This document shows positions 37,964-47,764 of a stretch of 54,828 nt of DNA, piece by piece (position 1 is the first letter of the stretch; the number at the start of each line of letters is the position of its first letter). The DNA lies in assembly GCA_017938425.1 (NCBI GenBank), contig JAGBBQ010000042.1, forward strand, positions 1-54,828, read 5' to 3'. A program made the translations under genes and the position numbers. The notes beneath the pieces were generated by a model that was given only the letters and a program-made list of their open reading frames with translations, ran no database searches and was not told where the DNA came from. The DNA is from Clostridia bacterium (GTDB lineage: Bacteria; Bacillota; Clostridia; Oscillospirales; CAG-272).

Positions 37964-38528
37964 CCGAGTTCAGCTCCTCACCGATAAAGACGAGCGGCTC
38001 ATATTTCGGGTTCTCGGGCGAGAGGATCAGCTTGTTCTTTTCGGGGTAGAAGTAAACGCGCTTCAGCGTCGCCTCATCGCCGATCGCGACGGCGGCGATC
38101 TCTCCGTTTTCCACGGTGTCCTGCGCGCGTATAAAGACGATGTCTCCGTCAAAGATCCGTGCGCCGATCATGGAATCACCGCAGGCCGCAAGGCAGAAGT
38201 CCGCATCGATATCCGCATAGGGGGTGCAGAAGCTACCGTATTCGCTGACGGCGAAGATCGGCGCGCCGCAGGCAATGCGGCCGAGCAGCGGGAGCCGCTT
38301 GGTCGGGATCTGGGGGCGTTCTTCGCCGGCGCCCTGCCAGCCCATCAGCGCGGCGGGCGTAGTGCGCAGCGCCTCTGCGAGAGCCTCCACCTTCTCGGGC
38401 GGAATGTTGGAGATCTGCCCGTTTTCATATCTGTGAATGGTCTGCTTGCTCGTGCCAATGCGCGCGGCAAGCTCCTCCAAGGTGAGGCCGAGCGCCTTGC
38501 GCCTTTCTCTGAGCTTACTTGAGATCAT
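37917..38528 (-). CDS. Phage CI-like repressor: XRE HTH plus S24 autopeptidase
   Basis: HTH LTLEELAARIGTSKQTIHRYENG; cleavage site IAC/G; catalytic Ser in GDSM and Lys in TLKR; AGGAG RBS. Confidence 0.9.
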   Translation of the reverse strand: MISSKLRERRKALGLTLEELAARIGTSKQTIHRYENGQISNIPPEKVEALAEALRTTPAALMGWQGAGEERPQIPTKRLPLLGRIACGAPIFAVSEYGSFCTPYADIDADFCLAACGDSMIGARIFDGDIVFIRAQDTVENGEIAAVAIGDEATLKRVYFYPEKNKLILSPENPKYEPLVFIGEELNSVKILGKAVAYQSRLL

Positions 38529-38583
38529 CGTATCACTCCTTTTTTCGCAGCGTATTTCGCCGCAATTCTTCCTTTTATACTAT

Positions 38584-38699
38584 ATTATAACCTAAAGTCA
38601 CTTAATATGCAATAGGGATAAAGAAAAAAATATTTTTTTCCCAAAAATCACTTGACAAGTGACTTCTTCTTGTGGTATCATAGTCACGCAACAGGTTAC
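38584..38699. promoter_or_regulatory. Back-to-back sigmaA promoters with three 17-bp operator-like sites (GTCAC-N7-GTGAC)
   Basis: Leftward TTGCAT(38612)-17-TATAAT(38589). Rightward TTGACA(38652)-18-TGgTATCAT(38676). Sites: GTCACttaatatGCAAT (38597), ATCACttgacaaGTGAC (38647), GTCACgcaacagGTTAC (38683). Confidence 0.72.
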
Positions 38700-38747
38700 C
38701 GTTATAGATAAAAATTCCACAAATAAGTGACGAAAGGAGATGCTTTC

Positions 38748-39041
38748 TTGCCTACGGAATGGGCGAATTACGAGGATAACGGATATTTTTGCTCTTTGGA
38801 GCCCTTGGAGAAGGAGATCCAAAGCTTTTTGCATTGCAGCCGTACGGCCAACCTGCGGCTCAACGTCAGGGAGCTGATCGCTCCGATGCTTTTCTGTAAG
38901 GAGGCGCCGATCACGGAGCGCGCGCTTGCACGGATGGAGTCGGAGGTGGCTTTGGCGGAGAGCGAGCTTGCGATTCTTGCCGAAAAGCTTTTGCTTCTGC
39001 GAACGGAGCTTTCTATGCATACGCGAGGGGGTGTTGCGTAA
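38748..39041 (+). CDS. Hypothetical protein with a C-terminal coiled coil
   Basis: AAGGAG RBS 8 nt before TTG 38748; TAATG overlap with the next gene; heptad-like LARMESEVALAESELAILAEKL. Confidence 0.6.
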   Translation: MPTEWANYEDNGYFCSLEPLEKEIQSFLHCSRTANLRLNVRELIAPMLFCKEAPITERALARMESEVALAESELAILAEKLLLLRTELSMHTRGGVA

Positions 39042-39412
39042 TGGAGGAGAAGGAAAGAGAAGCGGTCGGCCGTCTGCCCGAGAGTGCGGATGCGCTGGCA
39101 TCGGCGCTTTGCGCGGATTATTTCCGCAGGGAGCGAGCGATCAGAGCGGGGGATACGCCCCTGCGCGTGCGAATGGAATATGAATACCTCAACCACAGGA
39201 TCTTCACGGCGGCGCGTGAGCTTTGCGAGGGGGAGGAGGACGCGCTTGGCTATATCGAGGAGATCGGGGCGAAGCGCGGCTATGCCAAGAGCCGCTTCAC
39301 GGTCAGCGAAAAGACCTATAAGGTCAAGAAGCGGGCGGTGAAGCTGAACATTCTGCGTCGGCTCTATCTTCTGGATGCAGAGCGGACGGCAGCCGGTGAG
39401 GAGCCGAATTAA
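39041..39412 (+). CDS. Putative ArpU/RinA-like phage late transcription activator
   Basis: 123 aa. The C-terminus VSEKTYKVKKRAVKLNILRRLYLL resembles the S-E-x-T-Y-x-x-K/R...L terminal helix of these activators. Pattern recognition only. Confidence 0.5.
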   Translation: MEEKEREAVGRLPESADALASALCADYFRRERAIRAGDTPLRVRMEYEYLNHRIFTAARELCEGEEDALGYIEEIGAKRGYAKSRFTVSEKTYKVKKRAVKLNILRRLYLLDAERTAAGEEPN

Positions 39413-39516
39413 ATATTTCTCGGCGCCGCCTTTTGACATTTTTTTCATTTTCCCTTTGCTATAATGGATGCAAGGGTAAGCCGCTTGCGGCAAAAAAATG
39501 AAGGAAAACACAAGCT

Positions 39517-39837
39517 ATGAATGAAAATCTCTCTTTGTCTTATGAGGCGGACGTTTTGCGCGTTTCGCTTCTTTGCGAGGTGGACCATCACAAGGCAAGA
39601 CAGCTGCGTGAGGCGATAGACCGTGCGGCCTTTGCCTACCGACCGCGCGTTTTGCAGCTGGATTTCACCGCAGTACGCTTTATGGATAGCTCGGGCGTTG
39701 CCTTGATCCTCGGCCGATCGGCGCTGGGGGAGGACCTCGGCTTTTGCGTGGTTCTTTCGGGGCTTGCGCCAACGGCGCGCAGGCTTCTGAGGCTCTCGGG
39801 GATCGAGGGGCGACGGAACGTCACCGTGCGTCCGTGA
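39517..39837 (+). CDS. spoIIAA: Anti-anti-sigma F factor (STAS domain)
   Basis: EVDHH, FMDSSGV phospho-Ser motif, and operon position. Confidence 0.93.
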   Translation: MNENLSLSYEADVLRVSLLCEVDHHKARQLREAIDRAAFAYRPRVLQLDFTAVRFMDSSGVALILGRSALGEDLGFCVVLSGLAPTARRLLRLSGIEGRRNVTVRP

Positions 39838-39859
39838 TGCGGAAAAAGAGGAGGAGAGA

Positions 39860-40294
39860 ATGAAAAGGATAGAAAATGAGATGAAGCTGCGTCTCGTCGC
39901 CAAGAGCGAGAATGAGAGCGTGGCAAGAAGCGCCGTCAGCGCGTTCGTTGCGGTGCTGAACCCTACGGTGGAGGAGCTGGGGGATATCCGCCTCGCGGTG
40001 AGCGAGGCGGTCACGAATGCGATCGTCCATGCCTACGGCGGCAGCGGCGAGGGGCTCGTTTACATATCGGTTCGCCTGTACGCAGACCGCGAGATCTCTG
40101 TGGAGATCTCGGACAAGGGGTGCGGTATCGAGGACGTGGAGAGGGCAAGGGAGCCTTTTTTCACGACCGGAGACGGCGAAGAACGATGCGGTATGGGCTT
40201 CCTCGTGATGCAGAGCTTTATGGATTCGCTTTCCGTGCGCTCTAAGGTCGGGCGCGGCACGGCTGTGCTTATGAGGAAAAAACTAACCCCGTAG
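39860..40294 (+). CDS. spoIIAB: Anti-sigma F factor / serine kinase
   Basis: ENESVAR, AVSEAVTNAIVHAY, DKGCGI, EPFFTT and GMGF. Confidence 0.95.
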   Translation: MKRIENEMKLRLVAKSENESVARSAVSAFVAVLNPTVEELGDIRLAVSEAVTNAIVHAYGGSGEGLVYISVRLYADREISVEISDKGCGIEDVERAREPFFTTGDGEERCGMGFLVMQSFMDSLSVRSKVGRGTAVLMRKKLTP

Positions 40295-40307
40295 CCGTGG
40301 TAGTTTT

Positions 40308-41045
40308 ATGAGCGAAGTATTTGAAAAAAAGGAGAGCGCGTACGATAAAAACCTCGCGCTTCTGAAGGCCTACCGTGAGGGAGACAGAGAGGCAGGCGAG
40401 CGCCTCGTGCTTCTGAACCGCCCCCTGCTCTATCGCATCGTCGGCCGCTTCTCGGCAAGATACAGCGATACGGAGGAGCTGGTGGAGGTTGGCAGCATCG
40501 GGCTCGTCAAGGCGATCAATACCTTTGATTTTTCAAGGGAGTGCGCCTTCTCGACCTACGCCGTTCCTCTGATCATGGGTGAGATCCGCCGCTTTCTGAG
40601 AGACGATGGTCCGATCAAGGTATCCAGGGAGGAGAAGCGCCTATGCGCGATCCTGAACGCCAAAAGGGAAGCGATCCTTGCCGAGGGAAGGCAGCCGCGC
40701 ATCGAGGAGCTTGCCGCCGCCGTCGGCGTTCCGGTAGAGGACGCCGTATGCGCTCTGTCCTCGGGCGGTGCGGTGCGCTCGCTCTCCGAGCCGATCGGAG
40801 GCGAGGAGGAGCTGTCTCTCGAGAGCACGGTCTATGACGAGGAGGCGGAGGGGCGCTTTTTCGATAAGCTCTCGCTGCATATGGCGATCCAGTCGCTCGG
40901 CGAGAGTGAGCGGCGGCTGATCCTTCTGCGTTATTTCAGAGATTATTCCCAGCAGCGCACCGCCGAGATCCTCGGCATCACGCAGGTGAAGGTCTCGCGC
41001 GAGGAAAAAAAGATCCTTGACCGCCTGCGCGCCGCTCTTGTGTAG
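40308..41045 (+). CDS. sigF: Sporulation sigma factor F
   Basis: FSTYAVPLIMGEIRRFLRDDGPIKVSR and LGITQVKVSREEKKIL; follows spoIIAB. Confidence 0.92.
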   Translation: MSEVFEKKESAYDKNLALLKAYREGDREAGERLVLLNRPLLYRIVGRFSARYSDTEELVEVGSIGLVKAINTFDFSRECAFSTYAVPLIMGEIRRFLRDDGPIKVSREEKRLCAILNAKREAILAEGRQPRIEELAAAVGVPVEDAVCALSSGGAVRSLSEPIGGEEELSLESTVYDEEAEGRFFDKLSLHMAIQSLGESERRLILLRYFRDYSQQRTAEILGITQVKVSREEKKILDRLRAALV

Positions 41046-41096
41046 GATCTATCCTTTATACAAATGTTAACAATATGTGAAAGTATCGGAAAACTA

Positions 41097-41166
41097 TTGA
41101 TTTTTCTTCTGTGTTAGTATAAAATATAGAATGTACAGTTTAGCACTCAAAAGAGGAGAGTGCTAA
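41097..41166 (+). promoter_or_regulatory. groESL sigmaA promoter plus CIRCE (HrcA operator)
   Basis: TTGATT-17-TAAAAT (41097-41125). Perfect TTAGCACTC-N9-GAGTGCTAA at 41140-41166. Confidence 0.96.
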
Positions 41167-41191
41167 ATGCAAAAACTTGGAGGTAAGTATT

Positions 41192-41479
41192 ATGAAGATC
41201 AAGCCTTTATTCGACAAGGTTGTTGTGAAGCGTGTTGAAGCGCAGGAAACCACGAAGGCAGGCATCCTTCTGCCCGGCTCGGCGCAGGAGAAGCCCCAGA
41301 TGTCTGAGGTCGTTGCCGTAGGTCCCGGCGGACTTGTGGACGGCAAGGAAGTGGTTATGACGCTTTCCGTCGGCGACCGTGTGATCGTCGGCAAATACAG
41401 CGGCACGGAGGTCAAGCTGGACGGCACCGAGTATATGGTCGTCAGCCAGTCGGATATCCTCGCCGTCATCGAAGATTAA
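41192..41479 (+). CDS. groES: Co-chaperonin GroES
   Basis: MKIKPLFDKVVV, GILLP and AVGPG; GGAGG RBS. Confidence 0.97.
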   Translation: MKIKPLFDKVVVKRVEAQETTKAGILLPGSAQEKPQMSEVVAVGPGGLVDGKEVVMTLSVGDRVIVGKYSGTEVKLDGTEYMVVSQSDILAVIED

Positions 41480-41485
41480 GTTTAG

Positions 41486-43129
<1,644 letters not shown>

Positions 43130-43446
43130 TGACTTAGGTATTTTGGTATAAATTCCCGTTTTCCCCCTCTCGACGTAGGTAACTACGCCTTCGGGTGGAA
43201 GAACGAAAATTTCTATCCAAAATCCCGTCGTCATTGGCTTGGGTGTTTTGGTATAAATTCCGTTTTCCCCTCTCGACGCAGGTAACTATGCCTTCGGGCG
43301 GAAGAACGAAAATTTCTATCCAAAATCCCGTCGTCATTGGCTTGGGTATTTTGGTATAAATTCCGTTTTCCCCTCTCGACGTAGGTAACTGCGCCTTCGG
43401 GTGGAAGAACGAAAATTTTGATCCAAAATCCCGTCATCATTGACTT
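43130..43446. repeat. Three tandem 103-105-bp imperfect-palindrome (REP-like) units
   Basis: Units 43130-43234, 43235-43337 and 43338-43440, then a TGACTT stub. Each folds into a long hairpin centred on CGTAG-GTAA-CTACG. Confidence 0.92.
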
Positions 43447-43464
43447 TTCTGTTAAATTCCATAA

Positions 43465-43496
43465 AAAACGCACTGAGGTGATCCTCAGTGCGTTTT
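43465..43496. terminator. Bidirectional terminator
   Basis: AAAACGCACTGAGG-TGAT-CCTCAGTGCGTTTT. Confidence 0.85.
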
Positions 43497-43499
43497 CGT

Positions 43500-45866
43500 T
43501 TATTGCTCTTCAAAAAAGCCCTTTACCGTGTGCACGGCGGCCATGCCGTCGGCACAGTAGAAGTCCGCGCCGATCCGCTTGGCAAAGTCGGCGGTCAGCA
43601 CCGCACCGCCCACCATGATCCTCACCTGCGGCAGCTCCTTTTTCAGAAGCGCGATCGTTTCCTCCATCGCGGGAACGGTCGTAGTCATCAGGGCAGAGAG
43701 TCCGACGAGGGGTGTGTCGCTTCTTTTGGCTTCGGCAAGCACCGTCTCGGGCGCGACGTCACGGCCGAGGTCAAGCACGGGAAAGCCGTGGCTCTCGAGC
43801 AGGACCTTGACGATGTTTTTGCCGATATCGTGGATGTCGCCCTTCACGGTTGCAAGCAGGATGGGCGGTGTGTTTGCCGCTTCCTTTTTCGGCATTGCAT
43901 CCTTTACGGCGGAGAAGGCGCGCGTTGCCGCCTCGGCGCTCATCAGAAGTCCCGGGAGGAAGAGTGTTTTTTTCTCAAAGCGCTCGCCGACGGCGTTCAG
44001 GGCAGGGATGATCTCGCGGTTGATCACCTCGGTGGGCGCGGTATTATGAAGCGCATCCTTTGCGAGGCGCTGTGCCTCGTCCTTCAACCCCTTTTCGATC
44101 GCCGCTTGCAGCGTGAGCGCAGATGCGTTCTGTGCGGCAGGCGCTGCCTCCGTGGCGTTTTCAGCAACGAAGTCGATGTAATCCTTCGCTCCCTCGTCGA
44201 GTCCGTGGAGCAGGCGGTGGGTGATATAGGCGTTCTTCATTGCGTTGCTATGGGGATTTAAGATCGCCGCGGTAAGACCGCGGTCCAGAGCGGCGGTGTA
44301 GAATACGGCGTTGATCCTCTCACGCTCGGGAAGCCCGAAGGAGACGTTGGAAACGCCGAGAACCGTCTTCATGCCAAGCTTTGTTAGCATTTCAACCGCT
44401 TTGAGCGTGATGTTCGCGCTATCTTTGTCGGCAGAAACCGTCATGCAAAGCGGATCGAAAAGAAAATCTTTTTTTGAAAGCCCGTATTTTTTGCCCTCGG
44501 CAAGGATCCGTCTTGCGACGGAGACTCTTGCCTCGGCGGTGGCGGGTATGCCGTCCTCGTCCATCGTAAGGGCGACGAGCACGCCGCCGTATTTTTTTGC
44601 GAGCGGCAGCACCTTATCAAGGCTCTCTCTCTTGCCGGAAACCGAGTTGATCAGTGCCTTGCCGTTGTAGGCGCGAAGCGCGGCGGCAAGCGCCTCCGGG
44701 TCGGAGCTGTCCAGCTGTAAGGGGGCGTCTGTCACCTGCTGCACGGCATCTGCGACCTTGGGGAGCAGCTCCTTTTCAGAGAGCCCGGGAACGCCGACGT
44801 TCACGTCGAGAATATGCGCGCCGTCCTCTACCTGCGCGGCGGCCTCCTCTAAAATATAGGAAAGATTGCCGCTTGCGAGCGCCTCCTTCACGCGCTTTTT
44901 GCCCGTGGGGTTGATGCGCTCACCGATCAGGATCGGCGCCTTATCAATCACTACGCCGTGCGTGTAGGAGGAGATCACGGTCTCGTTTTTCTTCGTCGGT
45001 AAGGAGAAGGGAAGTGCCTTCGTTTTTTCGATCAGCGCGCGGATGCATGCGGGCGTGGTGCCGCAGCAGCCGCCGAGCAACGTGGCGCCCATTTCGGCAA
45101 GCCTCGCCGTTTCGGTCGCAAATTCCTCTGCTGAGAGGGGGAAGGCGGTCTTGCCGTCCTTGATAAAGGGAAGCCCTGCGTTTGGCTGTACCGCAACGGG
45201 CAGAGAGGTGTGCTTCAGAATATTTTCAAGGATCGGCGCCATCTTATCCGGTCCGAAGGCGCAGTTCATACCGAGTGCGTCCACGCCGAGGCCCTCCAGC
45301 ATTGCAACCATTGCGAGTGCGTCGGCGCCGGTCATCAGCTTTCCGCTCTCATCGTAGACGTTGGTGGCAACGATGGGCAGAACACTGTTTTCCTTCGCGG
45401 CAAGCACCGCCGCCTTGGTCTCGAGCGAGTCATTCATCGTCTCGATGACGATAAGATCCGCGCCTGCTTTTTGGCCCGCCCGTACGCTTTTGGCGAAGAT
45501 CTCCACCGCCGCCTCAAAGGCGAGCGTGCCGTAGGGCTTCAGCAGTTTTCCGGTCGGCCCGATATCCAGCGCAACGTAAGCACCGTAGGGCGCGGCGGCG
45601 CGCCGTGCGTTCGCAACGGCTGCCTCGATCAGCGCCTCGTAATTCTCGTATTTTTCACAGTTTACGCCGAAGGTGTTGGCCGTGATGATATTGCTTCCCG
45701 CCTCGCAGTATGCGCGGTGGATCCCCTCGATCACCTCGGGGTGCGCGAGATTCCAAAGCTCGGGCGGCGTGCCGGGCGGCAGTCCCTTGCTCTGTACCAT
45801 CGTGCCGAAGCCACCGTCGAAGTACAGCCTTTCGGTGCGAAGTCTTTGTCTTAAGCTTTTTTTCAT
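43500..45866 (-). CDS. metH: B12-dependent methionine synthase (Hcy-, folate- and cobalamin-binding domains; no fused reactivation domain)
   Basis: DGGFGT, GMNC, GGCCGTTP, IGERINPTGK, GDIHDIGKN and SALMTTT. Confidence 0.93.
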   Translation of the reverse strand: MKKSLRQRLRTERLYFDGGFGTMVQSKGLPPGTPPELWNLAHPEVIEGIHRAYCEAGSNIITANTFGVNCEKYENYEALIEAAVANARRAAAPYGAYVALDIGPTGKLLKPYGTLAFEAAVEIFAKSVRAGQKAGADLIVIETMNDSLETKAAVLAAKENSVLPIVATNVYDESGKLMTGADALAMVAMLEGLGVDALGMNCAFGPDKMAPILENILKHTSLPVAVQPNAGLPFIKDGKTAFPLSAEEFATETARLAEMGATLLGGCCGTTPACIRALIEKTKALPFSLPTKKNETVISSYTHGVVIDKAPILIGERINPTGKKRVKEALASGNLSYILEEAAAQVEDGAHILDVNVGVPGLSEKELLPKVADAVQQVTDAPLQLDSSDPEALAAALRAYNGKALINSVSGKRESLDKVLPLAKKYGGVLVALTMDEDGIPATAEARVSVARRILAEGKKYGLSKKDFLFDPLCMTVSADKDSANITLKAVEMLTKLGMKTVLGVSNVSFGLPERERINAVFYTAALDRGLTAAILNPHSNAMKNAYITHRLLHGLDEGAKDYIDFVAENATEAAPAAQNASALTLQAAIEKGLKDEAQRLAKDALHNTAPTEVINREIIPALNAVGERFEKKTLFLPGLLMSAEAATRAFSAVKDAMPKKEAANTPPILLATVKGDIHDIGKNIVKVLLESHGFPVLDLGRDVAPETVLAEAKRSDTPLVGLSALMTTTVPAMEETIALLKKELPQVRIMVGGAVLTADFAKRIGADFYCADGMAAVHTVKGFFEEQ

Positions 45867-45877
45867 ACTAATCTCCG

Positions 45878-46468
45878 CTATCTTCGGATGCCTGCGATGG
45901 CGGTAATGGATTTTTGCGGCACCATCAAAAAGCTCTCCTGTAGTTCTATATGTAAATATTTATTTGCTTCTGTGATACGGATCATATCCTTCTGGAGCGA
46001 GAGCGGAAGATCCGCATATCCGGGGCTGAAGCGCGGTGTCAGCACGCAGCCCTCTGCCAAGATATCGCTCGCAAGCTCTGCGGCCGCCTCGGCGTAGGCA
46101 GAGGCGAGGGCGTCGGCAAGAAAATGCTCGGCGGGAGAGAGCAGGGAGATCCTATGCAGCCATCTCTCGCAGGATAGCCCCAGCGTCACCGCGAAGAGAA
46201 ACGCCTGCTCGCAGCCGCGAAGGCTCTTTTTCAGCGCCTCGCTCTCCGTGCGGATGTCTCCGAGGTAAAGCGCACCCTCGTCCGCTCTTGTGACCGCGAC
46301 GCGCACGGCGCACATTGCGGGGCTTACGGATGCCAAAAGCTCTCTTTTCAGCGCTTCGGCTCTCTTATCACGAAAGCCGATCGGCACGCGCAGTCTTGCG
46401 GAAAGCTCCTCCTCGGACGGCAGCAACTCACGCACGTCAAGCGCACGGTAAAGAACGCTCGGCATCAC
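45878..46468 (-). CDS. Stand-alone methionine synthase reactivation (SAM-binding) domain
   Basis: FAVTLG, RFSPGYADL and PQKSITA; lies between metF and metH. Confidence 0.85.
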   Translation of the reverse strand: MMPSVLYRALDVRELLPSEEELSARLRVPIGFRDKRAEALKRELLASVSPAMCAVRVAVTRADEGALYLGDIRTESEALKKSLRGCEQAFLFAVTLGLSCERWLHRISLLSPAEHFLADALASAYAEAAAELASDILAEGCVLTPRFSPGYADLPLSLQKDMIRITEANKYLHIELQESFLMVPQKSITAIAGIRR

Positions 46469-47325
46469 CGTAGGATCTCCGAAAGGTTTCTTTGGATGGC
46501 GGCGGCAACGTCGGGGCGGTTCATAGAATAAACGTGCACGGCGCTGATGCCGTTGGCAAAGAGGTCAACGATCTGCTCGGTCGCAAAGGCAATGCCTGCC
46601 TGCTTCATTGCGTCGGGCTTATCACCGTAGCGGTCCACGATGCGAAGGAATCGCTGCGGCAGCGCGTTGCCCGAGATCGCGATCAAGCGCTTGATCTGTG
46701 CCGCGCTCGTTACGGGCATGATGCCCGCCACGACGGGGACCTGTATGCCCGCGCGGTAAAGCCTGTATAGGAAGTTGTAAAGGATATTGTTATCGAAGAA
46801 CATCTGCGTGGTCAGAAACTCGCAGCCCGCCTCCACCTTTTTGCGTAGGCCCTCGATGTCACGGGCAAGGCTCTCACTCTCGGGATGCCCCTCGGGATAG
46901 CAGGCGCCGCCGATGCAGAAGCCGCCGAAGCGTCGGATCTCCTCTACGAGCTCGCTTGCGTGCTTGTAATGCGCCGTGCTGCGGTCGAAGCCCTCGGGCG
47001 CATCGCCGCGCAGGGCAAGAATGTTTTCCACGCCGCGCTCGCGCAGGGCGTTAAGCTCCGCTCCGATGCGCTCTCTTGTGGAGGAGAGGCAGGTCAGGTG
47101 CGCAAGCGGCGTCACGCCCTGGGAGAAGAGCGCGCGGCAGATCTCGGCGGTATACTGCGAGGTGCCGCCGCCCGCACCGTAGGTTACGCTCATATAGGAG
47201 GGCGAAAGTCTTGCGATCTCGCTTGCCGCCGCTAAAACGCTGTCAAACTTATCGCTCGTCTTGGGAGGGAACACCTCGAAGGAAAGGCTGGGTCTTCCGC
47301 TATTGATGATATCGGTGATCTTCAT
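46465..47325 (-). CDS. metF: 5,10-methylenetetrahydrofolate reductase
   Basis: SFEVFPPK, VTYGAGG, HLTC, LALRGD, YPEGH and TQMFFD. Promoter TTGCAA-17-TAAACT just upstream. Confidence 0.96.
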   Translation of the reverse strand: MKITDIINSGRPSLSFEVFPPKTSDKFDSVLAAASEIARLSPSYMSVTYGAGGGTSQYTAEICRALFSQGVTPLAHLTCLSSTRERIGAELNALRERGVENILALRGDAPEGFDRSTAHYKHASELVEEIRRFGGFCIGGACYPEGHPESESLARDIEGLRKKVEAGCEFLTTQMFFDNNILYNFLYRLYRAGIQVPVVAGIMPVTSAAQIKRLIAISGNALPQRFLRIVDRYGDKPDAMKQAGIAFATEQIVDLFANGISAVHVYSMNRPDVAAAIQRNLSEILR

Positions 47326-47729
47326 ATTCTTTATCCCTTTCGCGCATGCGCGCATAAGATTCATAAGGATAGTTTAGCACAGTTTTCTTCGATTTGCAAG
47401 AAAAATCGAAAATCTTGCCCGGCTTTTTTTATCCGAGCAAAAAAAGTGCACGGCTCGTCCTGCGTGAGAACGCAAGGATCCGTTGTGATGCAAGAAACGG
47501 CGTGCCGCGACGGGATCCTTTTTGCCGTGATGCGCGGCGTTTCTCATAAGGAGGAAGAAAACAGGGGAGAAATACATCGGTCGCCCTTGCGCGGGCAGCT
47601 GCCGCCCCAGCTGCCAATGCGATCGAAAAACGCGGAGAACAAGGTGCGATATAAACAAATGTTTGCAATTACGGATAAAAAGCGCACTTGTGCGCAGCCG
47701 ATCGTATTAGGGCTATGCCCGAAAACGAA

Positions 47730-47764
47730 ATACCACCCGCTGCTGTGAAGCGGGTGGATTTTTA
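47730..47764. terminator. Terminator hairpin after addB
   Basis: CCACCCGCT-N7-AGCGGGTGG with T-rich flanks. Confidence 0.7.

Noticed and set aside
37917-38528. Calling the repressor the host lexA
   Set aside because: Its N-terminus is an XRE-type HTH rather than the LexA winged helix, and the upstream operators are not GAAC-N4-GTTC.
43130-43446. Possible CRISPR array, or the small ORFs (43134-43337, 43231-43473) as real genes
   Set aside because: The units are about 103 bp with no unique spacers and no cas genes nearby. The ORFs are by-products of the repeat.
43500-46468. Split metH as a pseudogene or novelty
   Set aside because: A separately encoded reactivation domain is an established arrangement, and both ORFs are intact.
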